A stretch of 64,000 bases of DNA from an uncultured Planctomycetales bacterium (GTDB lineage Bacteria; Omnitrophota; Gorgyraeia; Zapsychrales; Zapsychraceae), in contig CAYIMR010000001.1 of NCBI GenBank assembly GCA_964364455.1, positions 2,403-66,402 on the forward strand, read 5' to 3'. The notes below the pieces were generated by a model. The model was given only the letters and a program-made list of their open reading frames with translations, was not told the DNA's origin and made no database searches. The translations under genes were made by a program, and so were the position numbers. Positions 1-13,000 of the stretch are shown here, in pieces. Position 1 is the first letter of the stretch, and each line of letters starts with the position of its first letter.

Positions 1-1000
1 GATTGCGGAAATACTCCCTGCCGAATGCGAAACTCGCATTAGTCTCACCACCCATCCACGAATGTTTTTGAGGGGCGGCCGTCAGGCGTGCTTGGTTGAT
101 GATCTTACTGCGCAATTCCTTGATCTCGCTGTCTTCGGAGAGCCCTGGCAGGCCTGCCAGGATTGCCAACACAGCGAGGTAAGCGACGGCGAACCTAGTA
201 TTTCCATCCAATGACCAGCCCGTTCCAGAAATATATTCTGCCTGACGTTGGAATATCACCTGGGCGCGCTCCCGCAGCACTGCAGAAGGGACTCCTTGCA
301 TCGTCAATAAATCAAAAATCGCTGTATCATCTGATTCTAAATTGCCAAAGAACCACTGATTCAGCCGTATCAGCAACCCAGCGTTTTGACGCAGCATCCT
401 CAGTGAAGCGGTGTCACCACGGCCAGCCAGCCAAGTGATAATCTTAATCACATCCTGAGCATTTGGCGTTTCGCTCGCCAAGGTCGTGAGCTGTTCTGTC
501 GCCTCGAGTTCCTGTAACGCTTCGATGGCCAACTCAGATTTCGTCGCATGGCGGCCCAACTGAACCAGTTCAGGAAGCGCGTGGAGTTGTTGTAATGCTC
601 TCAACGCCTTGAAATCATCGAGGCGGTCGGGGGCGTCTGAAGAGAATGGAATGTCGGCTCCTGCCCTCTGAGCCAACTGTTTCACCAAGGCATCGTCGTT
701 TGCAAACTGCGCAAGCACGGATGGAAGGCGTCTAATCTCATAATCTACAATGGTGTCGCCAATCGTACGAAGCGACTTAGGATCTCCCGTGCGAGCTTGA
801 GCGAGTAGGCGTTCCAGGGCCACTTCAGGATCCTTCGTTCCATATTGGCCGTACTCGTAGTACCACGGGTTACGTTTGAACCATTCGAGGAGTTCGTTCT
901 TTGGTTCGGTCGGCTGGACTAAAACGGCTGGGTGAACAACGGGAATAACATCTATCGCTGCCTTGCGAGTTGTGTTCTCGTCTTTAGCTCTGCGTTCTGC
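1..1000 (-). other. Module: alpha-helical HEAT/ARM-like repeat region (C-terminal part of ORF-L, continues beyond the window)
   Basis: Translated stretch reads ...PELVQLGRHATKSELAIEALQELEATEQLTTLASETPNAQDVIKIITWLAGRGDTASLRMLRQNAGLL... The segment at 100-180 (AYLAVLAILAGLPGLSEDSEIKELRSKI) was verified by hand. Confidence 0.3.
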
Positions 1001-4000
1001 TTTCACTTCCAGCCAAATAATAATTACAATTTCTGCCAACACAGGCACAAACAAAACCGTAAGCCACCCGAATACATGATATAAAGCATAACCGGCAAGT
1101 CCCACGAAAATTACCATCGCGGTGGTCAATAGCACCATAACACCGTCTACGGCCTTATTCAGTGCCTTCGCTCGCTCAAATACTTTCTTTATCGACTTAA
1201 GCTGTGCCGCGAGCCACGCCGATCCAACCACGGGGCTGGAGGCGCGTAGATGCTTCTCCACCTCATGCAGCCTGATCTCCTTAAATCGCTGCGCCAGTTC
1301 TTCAAAACTTATGTTCAGATTTCCCCGGACAAATTCATACATCTGGCCATATTGTTTGACCAGCCGGATAATGCTGACTTTCTCGTGCCCTATCCTGTAA
1401 GAAGCTTCCATGATGGCCAGCCATCGGGCGTCTTGATGTTCTTGATGTGCGTAATACAATTGCGACACCTCCGTCAAATACTGCGCCAATAATTCCTGGG
1501 ATCTCTTGCGGTAATACTCCACGATCTGCTGTTTCTCCCGATAATGATCCGGCAGTTGCAAGAGCGTCACCACTTCCTCAAAACTGTACCCGCTGTCTTT
1601 AAACACATCCATCAGCCAGCCGTTCACGCCCGTCTCGACATACTCCTTCGGGCCTCCCGTATCCGTCGCGATGTTCGGATGCCCGTTAAACGACGCCCGT
1701 TGATCCGACGTACCCGCGGCCTCCCGCGTTGACCTCGGCATGCTCACCCACACGTCGCTGGCCTGCGTCGCCAGCTTCATGGCCTCCGTGCCTGAACCTT
1801 CCACAAATATAAACTTGCCTTCCAAATCTTCCCTTTTGGCCAAGGCTTTAAATTGCCGCACCCACTCCCGGCCGACGGTATCTCTTCCGACACCGCCGAC
1901 CAATAAATTCATTTCCAATCCGTATTTTCTGCCCAACGGTGTTTCGTATTCCTTGTCCCTGTCTCCTGTAATATACTCGATTAACCCAAACAGGATCCTT
2001 TGCTCCTTATACTCCACCAACCTCCTGACCAATCCGGCCAACGGACGCTCGATATGTCTGAATGCCGTCCCTGTTGTCTTCAGCAAATATTCATTCAACT
2101 TGCCCTTGGCATGCTGGCCGATTTCATACAAGTCAATACCTCTTACCCCTTTCCCGCTTCCCTCCAGATCCATTAGTTCCCCGCTCTTCCACAACCGCGG
2201 ATCCGATCCATTGGTGATCGCCAAGGTCTTTTCTCCGGCCCCCGGCAACACGGCTAACCTCGTCACCTCCCCATGCTCCTGGGCGACCGCGTTGATGACC
2301 GCGACCCGCGGATTCTCCGCCAACCTTCTCGCCAAATCCAAGCTGCCGTCCCGGATAACATAATCCGGCGCCAGACCTTCACCAACATGCATCCTTAACC
2401 AGGAAACACTGTCATACTTCGGCAAAGCCGCCGCCTCCGGTGTGTGCGTGGTGAGGACGACTTTCGTATCCCGGTAAATACTTGCTTCTTTGCGTAGCCT
2501 GAAATAACCATTCTCAAAATACTGAATGTCGTTCTCTACGGCCTGCACCAGGAAAAACAATTGCGGTTCATTCAACCTCAGGATATCCGGCGCGACGCCC
2601 AGCTGTTTGAATAATTCCACATACGTCCTGCCCAAGAACGCCATCTGCCGTAACTTGCCGGGCTCCTCCGGATACAACGCGTAATTAATCTCCGGCTGCC
2701 TGATCATCAATACCGGTGTCCCATGCGTGAGGACCATATACAACCGTACGTTGTACATAGATCCGTTAAATTCGACATCAAACCGGAAGGCCTCTTTCTT
2801 GTGTTCGGCAACAGATAATCTGCCGACCCCGGCCGTATGATCCCAGTCGATCCCGATATAAGTGCCGCCTCCGGCATGGTCCACATAATGTTCATACAAT
2901 GGCATCAAACCCACCACCCTTTGCCCGGTCTGTCCGTACGCGCCGTAGGTTTCGCCGGCGAGGAACCCTAATCCGCCGCTGGCCAACGCCTGTTGTGCCC
3001 GCGGATCCTTGATCTCATCCAGGAACGCCTCCATCGTCGCGTCCACCGCAAACGGCCCTTGCATTAAGTAAGATCGCAGATCCTCAACGCTGCGGATAGA
3101 TCCGGAGCAGATGTCAGTCTTCCGCGCCCCGGCTTGCGTTTGTTCCCTATGACTTTCCGGACTTAAAATCGGGCTGCTGGCCCCGAGCGAAGTCGGGGGG
3201 GAGGCGGTATCCGGGGCTGCCTGCCTTTCTCTTTCGGCTAAAGCCCTGACCGCCTGCAGGAACACTTCCTCGGGATGGTTCCATCCTTCGATAACAATGC
3301 CCGGGTCGATGCGCCGGACTGTTTCCCTGGCCTTCTCCATACTATCAATGCCGGAAAGTCTGTGCAGGCTGTATAAGAAAGATATCAGCAATGACCTCTT
3401 GAACTTCAACTTAAAATACTGGAATTCATCGGGCAGGTTATCCAGCAATGATTTACCGGTGTCACCGATCGGTGCTTCAATGAAATCTTTGATCGTTCCC
3501 TCAAACTGCTTACCGATAAATTCAGAAGTAATCGAAGCTTCGAAATCTTCAAGGTTGGAAACCCTGTCGACAAATTTGCCGATAATCGCACCGGGGCCAA
3601 ACTTGACAATCTCAAACAAGTAATCCGCGGCATCTTTTTTCTTTGTCAAAACCCAGACCAATTCCATCAATCTATCGAGATCAAAAGGTAAACCATGGAT
3701 ATCTTTCCCGATTGCCGCCAGTCCGTCAATGATTTGCGTTTTGATGAGTTCCAGGACCTCTCGCCTTTCTTCATCGCTAACAGGACGCTTGTTTTTATCT
3801 GTAAATTGCGCTCTTCTTTCTTCAGGAGGCAATTTATCATTACGGGCATTCGTAAAATATCGGATAGAATCCTCCACCGCGTCATGCAAAGGCAGCCCCA
3901 GCGCGACAAGAAGATCTCTTCCGGCCCATCTATTGACATACATGGCCAACACCCCCAGGGGATGAGCGATATAAGGGGCGCCACCCTGTCTTATCTGTCC

Positions 4001-7000
4001 GGAATGATGATACTGAGCTATCTTGTAAAAAATTTCAAAAATTTCTCTATCCAAACCCGGCATCAGGCTGCCTGTTCCTGTAAAATCATCGGGGCCGAAG
4101 AAAAGATACCCGGGCAATCCCCGGAGTTTTTCCTGCACAAAACGCTCCACGGTCCCCTCTGCCAGCTTTAAGGAAACCGGCCCCGTTGCTTCATCCATGA
4201 ACGACGCGCGGGCGAAAGCCAAAGCGACATCCTGGCGTTTAATTTTATGAAGCGATTCCAGAACCAATGTAATTCTTGCTTTTCCGTTACTTGATGTTCC
4301 GCTGAAAATCTTCGCGACATTGATTTGAGGGTCGAGCCGCCCGATGGTATCCAGGAGCCAGGAGAGCTGGCCGACCTTGTCAGGAATTTCCACCATAAAT
4401 TCTTCACGGTATATTTTCGTCCACAATAATTTAGGCAGCCACCAGGTTTTTGATACACTCGTTACATCGGCATCCGGAAGGGTACGTAAGGTCTGCGCAA
4501 TAGCTAATGCACGGGCGGCATCAATACCACGGATGGTAAGGTCGACAACGACTTTAACAAATCCTTTCATATTGGCGCGCAGCTCAGCCGGGATCTCTTT
4601 ATCGACATAAACCGTGAAAAAGCGTATATTGCCGCCAAGATTTTTTACCTCGCGGCTTACGGCGCGCAGCATGCCCGGCCTGTCGTGCCGTGCCCAGATT
4701 TGAAGACTAATTTCTCCATCGTAAAATTCTTTTGTGGTCCTGACAAAGATCTTTCTTTTATCCGAAGGCAGTCTTGCCTTGATCTGTTCCGGAGTAATCT
4801 GCTTGCTGCCGGCGGCCGCGATCAGGGAATCGACGTCTTTGAGATGTTCCTTTTCGAAGGTGAGCAAAAGCGTCTCCAGCCGGGCGAAATTATCAGATTT
4901 AGCAAGCTGTTGGCTGTTCTCTAAACTCAGGGCCTGAGCTACAATCTCTTCCCCTTGAATAAGCGCCTCGCGGTGAATATCCTGAACGGACAACAGATCC
5001 AAAGCGACGGCCAGATACAGCGCGTTCCAGTCAGCCAAGTCAAGTTTTCGGGCCAGCGGATCAAGAAAATCCTGCCTGTATGTTTCTAAAGAATGTATAT
5101 AATGGATCCGCATCAGCATCTTGTTCACATTATTGGCCGCATCATCGTTAAGCTTTCTTTTTTCTTCCACGCCCATACCAGCCAATGCCCCGGCAAGTTT
5201 CTCGGACAAATGATTAACCGGCGAGGAAGAAGAAACAGGGCTGGAGGAGGACGGCCCGTTCATCGCGTATTTCGCTCTCTCCAGGTCTTCCTTGATACGC
5301 TTTAACTCCTCCGCGGAAATCCCTTCGGGGTGTTTCAATGTCAACGCGACCGTCGCGAATTTGCCCTCCACTCTCGTTTTAATACTTAAAACATTGATCC
5401 GGGTATCCCTGTCCCAAAGAGCCCGTAACATGTTGACGAGAACCCCCGTTTTGTGTGGAATACGCTCAATTGAAACAGGGACTCTATTGGAATAAATGAA
5501 TTGGGCCATTTTCCGGGTAAAAGCCGGTTCGGGGACTTTGATATCCGGGATCGTTCCCAGGGCTTCCATAATATTATTGATCTTTTCCGGAGTTACGCCT
5601 TCCACCTCCAGGACAATGTTGACTTCTTTTGTCTCATCCGAATCAAAATCGCCAAGATTCGCCCCAAATTCTGAAATAATCTTTGCGACATCCAGAAAGA
5701 TGCCCGGCCAGTCATATCTGCCCGTAACGATGAGCCGCGCGCGGCCATCGCTCACCGCCCCCTCAAGCCTCACCTTGAGGTTGCCCGCTGAAAAGCGTTC
5801 ATTGATAACTTCCGCGTCGATCTGTTTCGTGCCGACCAAGGCATAAAGATCTTCCACGCTCTTTAACCTGAATGACGGGAACGTCCCTAAAAGACGCTCA
5901 AGCATAATGCGCGTATCGGGCAGACTGAAATCAAGCCGTGTCAATCGTTTCTTGAGCATCTGCCCGCCTATTTTGATAGCGCGCTCTTTGATCTGGTCTT
6001 TCGCGATAATTCCAAGCTCTACCGCCATCAATAATTCCCGCGCGTTTTTAAGCCCCAGGTCGAGCGCCATAGGGCCAAGGAATTGATCCGTGCAACTTAT
6101 GATCCCTTCCATCACTTGCGCATGTTCACGCTTGCCAAGACCAAGCATGCCAATGATTAACCGCGCGCGGTTTGTTTTGACCTTGCTGATTATATGCCTG
6201 TCGATGCTCTTGACGGCCTTCCCGCTGACCACCCGTACCGTTAACCCGTTAGATACCGGTTCTGTCGCTGATAACCATTTCTTTTGAGTAACTTCAAAAC
6301 CTTCTTCTCGTTCCACCGCCACAAAAGCCTCTACGCCGGCATATTGGTCATTGAAAAGATCTATATAGCGATGAGCGGCGATATCGGCCGAGATTGAATT
6401 TAAAGGCAGCCGGAGAGGCACAAACTCCCCTTCATTGACGTTGACCGTTACATAAATCCATTGTTTTTCCAGTTTTTGTAACGCTTCAAAATCTTTGGCA
6501 AAATTACCGCTCAATTTTAATTCGGGGATATTCCTGAAGCGCTGCTTGGATAACGTGGGTTCCTTGGATACATTGTAGATCCAATGCGCCCCGCCCGCTT
6601 CCGTGGAGTACTGATAAAGATCAAAATTGGCGGACGTCATGATCTGTATTTCAAAGGGCCTGGTTGAATCATCCCAATAATCTATATGTACCCCTTCGTA
6701 GTGATCCCCTTTTATCCGATTCCTAGGCTTTGCTCCCATCCAATGCCTGCCCGGCATTCTGACAAATTGGTCAATAAGGCCGATAACCTCTCCCATCAAC
6801 ATTTTGTCTTCACTCAAAATGACAAGACGAAATCCGAATAAATCGTTAATGTCATCAAGCGCAACCCCTTTGCGGGTCATCTTGTTCCTTATCGAAGCGG
6901 GGCCTTTAAACCGTCCGGTCACATAGAATTTGTCTGCCGGTATACTGGATTTAAGGTAAATGATCAGGTTCCGGAGTTCCAGGGCAAGGTATTCCTCGGA

Positions 7001-10000
7001 TTGTTCCCTGTTCAAGCCTGTCCGTTTTTTCAAGGCCTCCGCCAACTGCGTATATTCCTCATAATTGGTATAGTAAAACCATTTGTCTCTTAGAAAATCA
7101 GCCATGTCCCGGCGCCCTGACCGTTCAGCCAGCGGAATATAAACTTCCAGGATTTCATAAAGGATCCGCTCGCGCCGTTCCCCGGACGCGCTGGAAAGTG
7201 CCTCTATCTTATCGGCGCAGGCCAACAACAGGACTTTGGCGTTCGCCGCTGTTGTAATAATCATTCCCATCTGGTTGCGCACGACTTCACTTCCCTTAAC
7301 CACCGCCGCGCGTTTCCACAGATCACCAAAGAATGTGTTGATATTTTTAAGTCTCGGCGGATTATATTCAAGATTGCGTAACTCTTTAAGCCCGTTGAGC
7401 AGATCCCAGAGAGCAGTACCTTGGAATTCGGCAATCCCTCGACGGCGAAGTCCTTCCATCTTCGCGGCCTCAAGCAGACTCAACCACGCCGCCGCGACGA
7501 CATCGGCGGACCCGCCAAATGCTTCGACGTGGTTTGCTCTATGTTCCGCGGATTTGTATAATTTTTCATCATATCCTTCCCGGGCAATTTTTTTGGCCTT
7601 TTGAACGATCGGTTCTTCGTTATTTTCATTGACCACCGGACTGCTGGAAGAAAGCTTATCCCCTGCCGGAGAACTCGCATCATCAAGCATCAATGTCTTG
7701 GCCAGTATTCTGAAGTATTCCTGCCGTCCCATGGTGTATTTGAACAGGGCCTCGACGCTTTCGGATGTTTTTTCCCAGCTATTATCCGACATCAGCGCGT
7801 GTGCCCTGAGCGTATCCCACTGATCGTTCTCATTTCTGGCTTTCCACGCGGCGTATAACCGGTCAAAGGCGAACATGATATAGTCCACCGTCCTGTCCAC
7901 TCTGTATTCATCGACAGGGAATCTCGCTCCGTTGAAATCAGGTTCATTGTCATTGATACGGGTGATCCGCGCGAGTTCCGGAACATAGATCGATCTTATC
8001 GTAGATTTATGTCCCTGTTTGTCCGATACCAGCCCGGGGACACCAAAGGCCAAAGCTTCCATAGGTGATATTCCGCCCGGTTCCCACATGGAGAAAGAAT
8101 TGTAGAAATCGCCGATCCCGTAAACGTGATAATAGAGAGGCTTTTGATTGGAAACAAAATCGTTGTTGTATCCAACTCTCCCGGGAAACTCATAGATCAA
8201 CGCGTTGAGTTGCCCCATGAGAAGAGGATCTCCCACCCCGGCAAAGACAAACGACACATCCGGATACCGGCCGCTATACATGACCCTGCGGACAAACGGC
8301 ACCACATACTGAATGCCTTTTTGATCCGTAATACGTGAGACCAGATTACCGACGAAATAATTTTCATTGATATATTCCGATCTGCCGCCGGAGGCCGGCC
8401 AGAATTGAGGATATTCTTCGGCCATGATTATCCTCGACTCGATCTGCTTCTTGCGCTGGATTTTGAGGAACTTCTGCAAATCCTCCGGCGTATGGACGTC
8501 GAACATGGTCATGCCGAAGCGACCGCGCTGACGCTCCCGCAACGGGATACCGTTGGTCACCGAGAATAATCTGCGCGCCTGTTTCTTTTCAATGAACACA
8601 TGACGGAAGCCTTCGGCGCCGCCTTTGTCATCGGTCTGCACATAGTCCCTCAATTGTCCGGGGCTTACCGGCACAATGATGCCGGCGTGCCGGATAAAGG
8701 CGTGCATGAAATTGATCAAATCACTCCTGTGAGGATCAATAAACCATCCGTAATCTTCCGGCGCCAATCCCAGATTGCCCAAAAGATCAACGCCATTCTG
8801 ATAGCGTCCCACCTTGAACTGATAATCCTGCCCGTTGTTATGGATCCATCCGATCGTGCGCGCTTGTGAAAAATGCGGATCTCGCTTATATAAAGACCTG
8901 TCGGAATTAAGATGGGCCATCAGCGGCGCCGTCATCCAGTCGTTCCCGATAATGATGCTCGGATGGATATTAAGCGCCTTCATCGCTTCCAAAGCTCCCA
9001 GGGAGAGGAAGGCGGCGCGCAACGACTCGTGTTCCTTGCTGGATTGTCCGTATAAAGCATCCGCGAAATATGGATTGTCCAGAAAAACATAATCCACATC
9101 TTCAAAATATTTTTCCGCTATGGATCCGGCGACATGCCCGTGCCGCCCTAAGAAGATTTGCGCGACCTTTCCGGTGTACTGGACGGTGGACTTATCAAGA
9201 TTCTGATACTGCGGTAAAACGACATATACCTTTAATCCTGACTTAGCTAATACCATCGCCAACTCTCCAACCACATTGGCCATGCCCCCGGCCTTAAAGT
9301 ACGGCACCGCCTCGGGCGAAACGAAAACCGCCGCCCCGACATCCATCCAGCGGCGGACTTTCTGGGCCGCCTCCCTTACCAATTCATCTTCCGTGCGTTT
9401 CGTCAGGCTCTCCAGCATCCTTTTCATTTTGTCCGCTTCTTTAGGATGTTTAACTGCCATATCATGCATGATCACCGTCAGATCCGTCGTATTAAGCTGG
9501 CCTCGGGTTGCCCGACTCTCGACGATACGCGCTAAATAGGAAAATCGTTCATGGAAAAAGGCATAACTGCGGTGCAGGACGGCTTTTTCAAGCCATCGAA
9601 ACGCGTTATTGACCTTGATCCTTCGCGGCCGATACTGCTCGCTGTAGCGCTTGAGCGCGTCCCGCAGCGCCCGGCCGCGGGCATTCGTCGTAAGACTTCC
9701 GACACCATCGCTTAAATCATCTTTAAGCCCACGGACCTTCCTGACCGCCAGCACGGCCGGCTGATAAGATCCCAGCGTCAATCTTATCCCTTCGGCCAGC
9801 AACTCTTTCCCCGTAAAGACTTCCTCTCTGCCGTTTTCCAGATCCGTTACCATATAGAATTGTTTTGAAGAAGACTCTATCTCCAATTGCTTTTGCAACG
9901 GCGCAAGATCGATACCGGCGAAAGCCGTCTCCCACCATTCGTTGATAACAAATATCAATTTCTCTTTTTTGTTAAACCGCGCGATGGCAAAGATACGGTC

Positions 10001-13000
10001 GTGATGTGTATTGATGAGATATTCATTGCCCGTATGCAAGGATCCATACCGGCGATACGTATTTAACGCGCGCTGATAAAATTGCTGGACCGTTTCCTTG
10101 TAAAGGTTCTCGAATTCCAGTTGAGCGTAATAGCGCTGCCGGTCGGCCTCCGCGTAATTATGCCAGGTATAGTTATCGATACGAACGCGATGCACCTCGC
10201 CTTCTTCCTGGCGGTTATAAATCATGATCGGCCCGCGGGTCGTGGCCAGCCAGGTCCATATCGCCGCCTTGAGCCGGCGCGGCCCGTAATGCTGCCATCT
10301 GTCCATCACGCGGAAGAAGTCATGCGTCTCCAGCGCCCCGACCATTTGCGATCCTTTTGGCAATTCATTCGACAACCACCGGAAATGTCCGTTTAATATC
10401 GTCTGCGTGCTGCCGCCTTCCATAATGACCTTCTGCAGATCCGAATACGTCCCTGTCTCCATCGGCATAACACCGGACTTAAGCAGTTGAATGTCCTTCC
10501 CGTAATTTTCACCCACAAAAATGAAATCGGGATAATCTTTGGTGATGTGGGAAACCAGATACACCAAAAGCGGATTGCCTTCGCCGCCATGCCAATGGTT
10601 AACGACCTTGAATCCACCGTCTTGTTTGCGCTCCCAGGAAGTGACGTGACCGAATAATTTCTGCTTGCCGTTCAATGATCTTTCGGCCGGCAGCATGACA
10701 CCGAAATGATGCGCCACGTCGATGCGTGCCCCTTTAATACCATTTTTGGCCAAGCGCCGGATCAGCGTTTCATAGGCGTATAACACCCGGATATCCCGCC
10801 AGTTGATCACCACCGAATCGTGCCATTCAACCGGAAGCCCGTCCTCGTGGTTAACACTGCCATCGGTCGCCAATCGCCGGATGATCTTACCGAAGGATCT
10901 GGCCTTGACGATCGACCATTCAGGCAGCTGCTTAAAGTTCTGGTTCACGTGGGGGATGAGGTCGACCAAAATTTCTATGCCGTATTTTTCTTTAGCCTTT
11001 TTCACGAGTCTGCTCAATCCTTCTTCACCGCCCAATTCCTTGCTGATATTAAATTCCAGCGGCGAGAATAGCGACGCGTCCGGGCCAACCTGACCGATAA
11101 TGTTTTCCGGCCGATCGAGCTGGTAAACGCCCATCACATAAACGTACGCGAACCCTTGCGCATGGAGATACGGCAGTTTCTCTTCGATCGTCTTGAATGT
11201 CCCGGGAATGGCCCTGCCGTTCTCATCGTGAATAATCTTGCCGTCTTCTCCGTAAACACCCAAATACGCCGGCCAGCCTTGATAGATCATCTTCCCTCTC
11301 AAGTCGGGCTGGGCAAAAATCGTCACATTGGCTTGATCATTTTCAACGTACTGCCAGTCCATGCGCCCGTTATCCTGCAGTTGAACGGCGAGGTGGATAA
11401 CTCCTTTACGCGCCCTGAGAACACGGCTGCCTTCCGAAAAACTTAACCGTATGGAATTGTCCGTCTCCGGCACCACATTCAGCTTCCGGTATCTTTTTTG
11501 CCCGGAATAATTCGTTGCCGTGACCAGCCGCGCGTTGAATGTCTTTAATCTTTTCTTGTTCTTGAAGGGATTAAATCCCGCGTCAATGACCATATCACTG
11601 AACTCGACCGCTTCTCCCAGCTTCGCCATGCGTGTCTCGTGGGCCGCGGGGAATTCTTGCGGCCGGCCGCTATATAAATTGTTCAGGATCTTCTGCGTCA
11701 TCACCTGAATGTGATCGTCCTCAACGCCCAGCGCCGCGTTCAAGATGCGTTTGGCTTCTTCTCCCGCTTTGGGATGATGGACAAGTCCTTCCAGCTGCCG
11801 CACGGCATCGACCATTCTCTGGTGGTCTCCGGAATTTAACTCGTAGACGATCTTGTAAAGGGCGGGATGATTTTGGTAGCGCGCGAGGTCTTCGCGCATA
11901 TCGGAGACTTCCCGGGGATCGGTGATGACATCAACGCGCTGGCCATGCCCGAAGAATGACCGGATGTGGCGCGTATCCGTCAGATAATCCACAAAATGAG
12001 CAGGGGCGATCCTGACGATGGCCTGCTCATCTTTGTTCCATTTGTAATAAAGGTCAATATGCTCATCTTCAAAAAAGACCTCTTTAAATTGTTCGATCCT
12101 TTTACCGACGGCCTTCGGTATGTCCGCCCGCGGCAGGATCTGGCGCAGGATCGTTTGGATACGCGCTCTTCTGTCCACGCCCCGGCGCGCGGTTCTTGCC
12201 TCATAAATTTTCCGTATTAATTTTCGTTCAGCCAACATACGCCAAAACTCGAGGAAAAGCTGTTGCTTGCGGTCCCGTTCCCGCGCGTCCGTGCTCTCAA
12301 TCGGGGAGGAGCTGCGGCTGGAGGCGGAGTCGGCTGAGGTGAGCTCTCGACGGCGAAGTCCTTCCATCTTCGCGGCCTCAAGCAGACTCAACCACGCCGC
12401 CGCGACGACATCGGCGGACCCGCCAAATGCTTCGACGTGGTTTGCTCTATGTTCCGCGGATTTGTATAATTTTTCATCATATCCTTCCCGGGCAATTTTT
12501 TTGGCCTTTTGAACGATCGGTTCTTCGTTATTTTCATTGACCACCGGACTGCTGGAAGAATCATTCTGCCTCTTTAAAATAAGCATGCCCAGCGGCGGAA
12601 GTGTGAGATTCAGCGAATAAGGCCGGCCGTGCGTGGAGACAGGTTGCGCCATAACACCGCCGGAGTTTCCGATGTTGCCACCGCCGTAAATGTCCGCGTC
12701 GCTATTGAGGATTTTCTGCCAATATCCGCCCTGCGGCACGCCGATACGGTAATCCTGCCGGAGCAGGGGTGTGAAGTTCATAACCACCACGACGTTGCCT
12801 TGAGGATTTCGACCCCGGCGTATGAAGCTGATTACACTTTGCTCCCAATCACTAAAATCGATCCACTCAAAACCATGCCCTTCGAAATCCACCTCATGAA
12901 GGGCGGACTCGCGGCGGTAGAGACCGTTGAGATCCCGCACCCATCTCTGCGTCCCTTGATGGCCGGGATAATTCCGAAGATGCCATTCAATTGCTGTATT

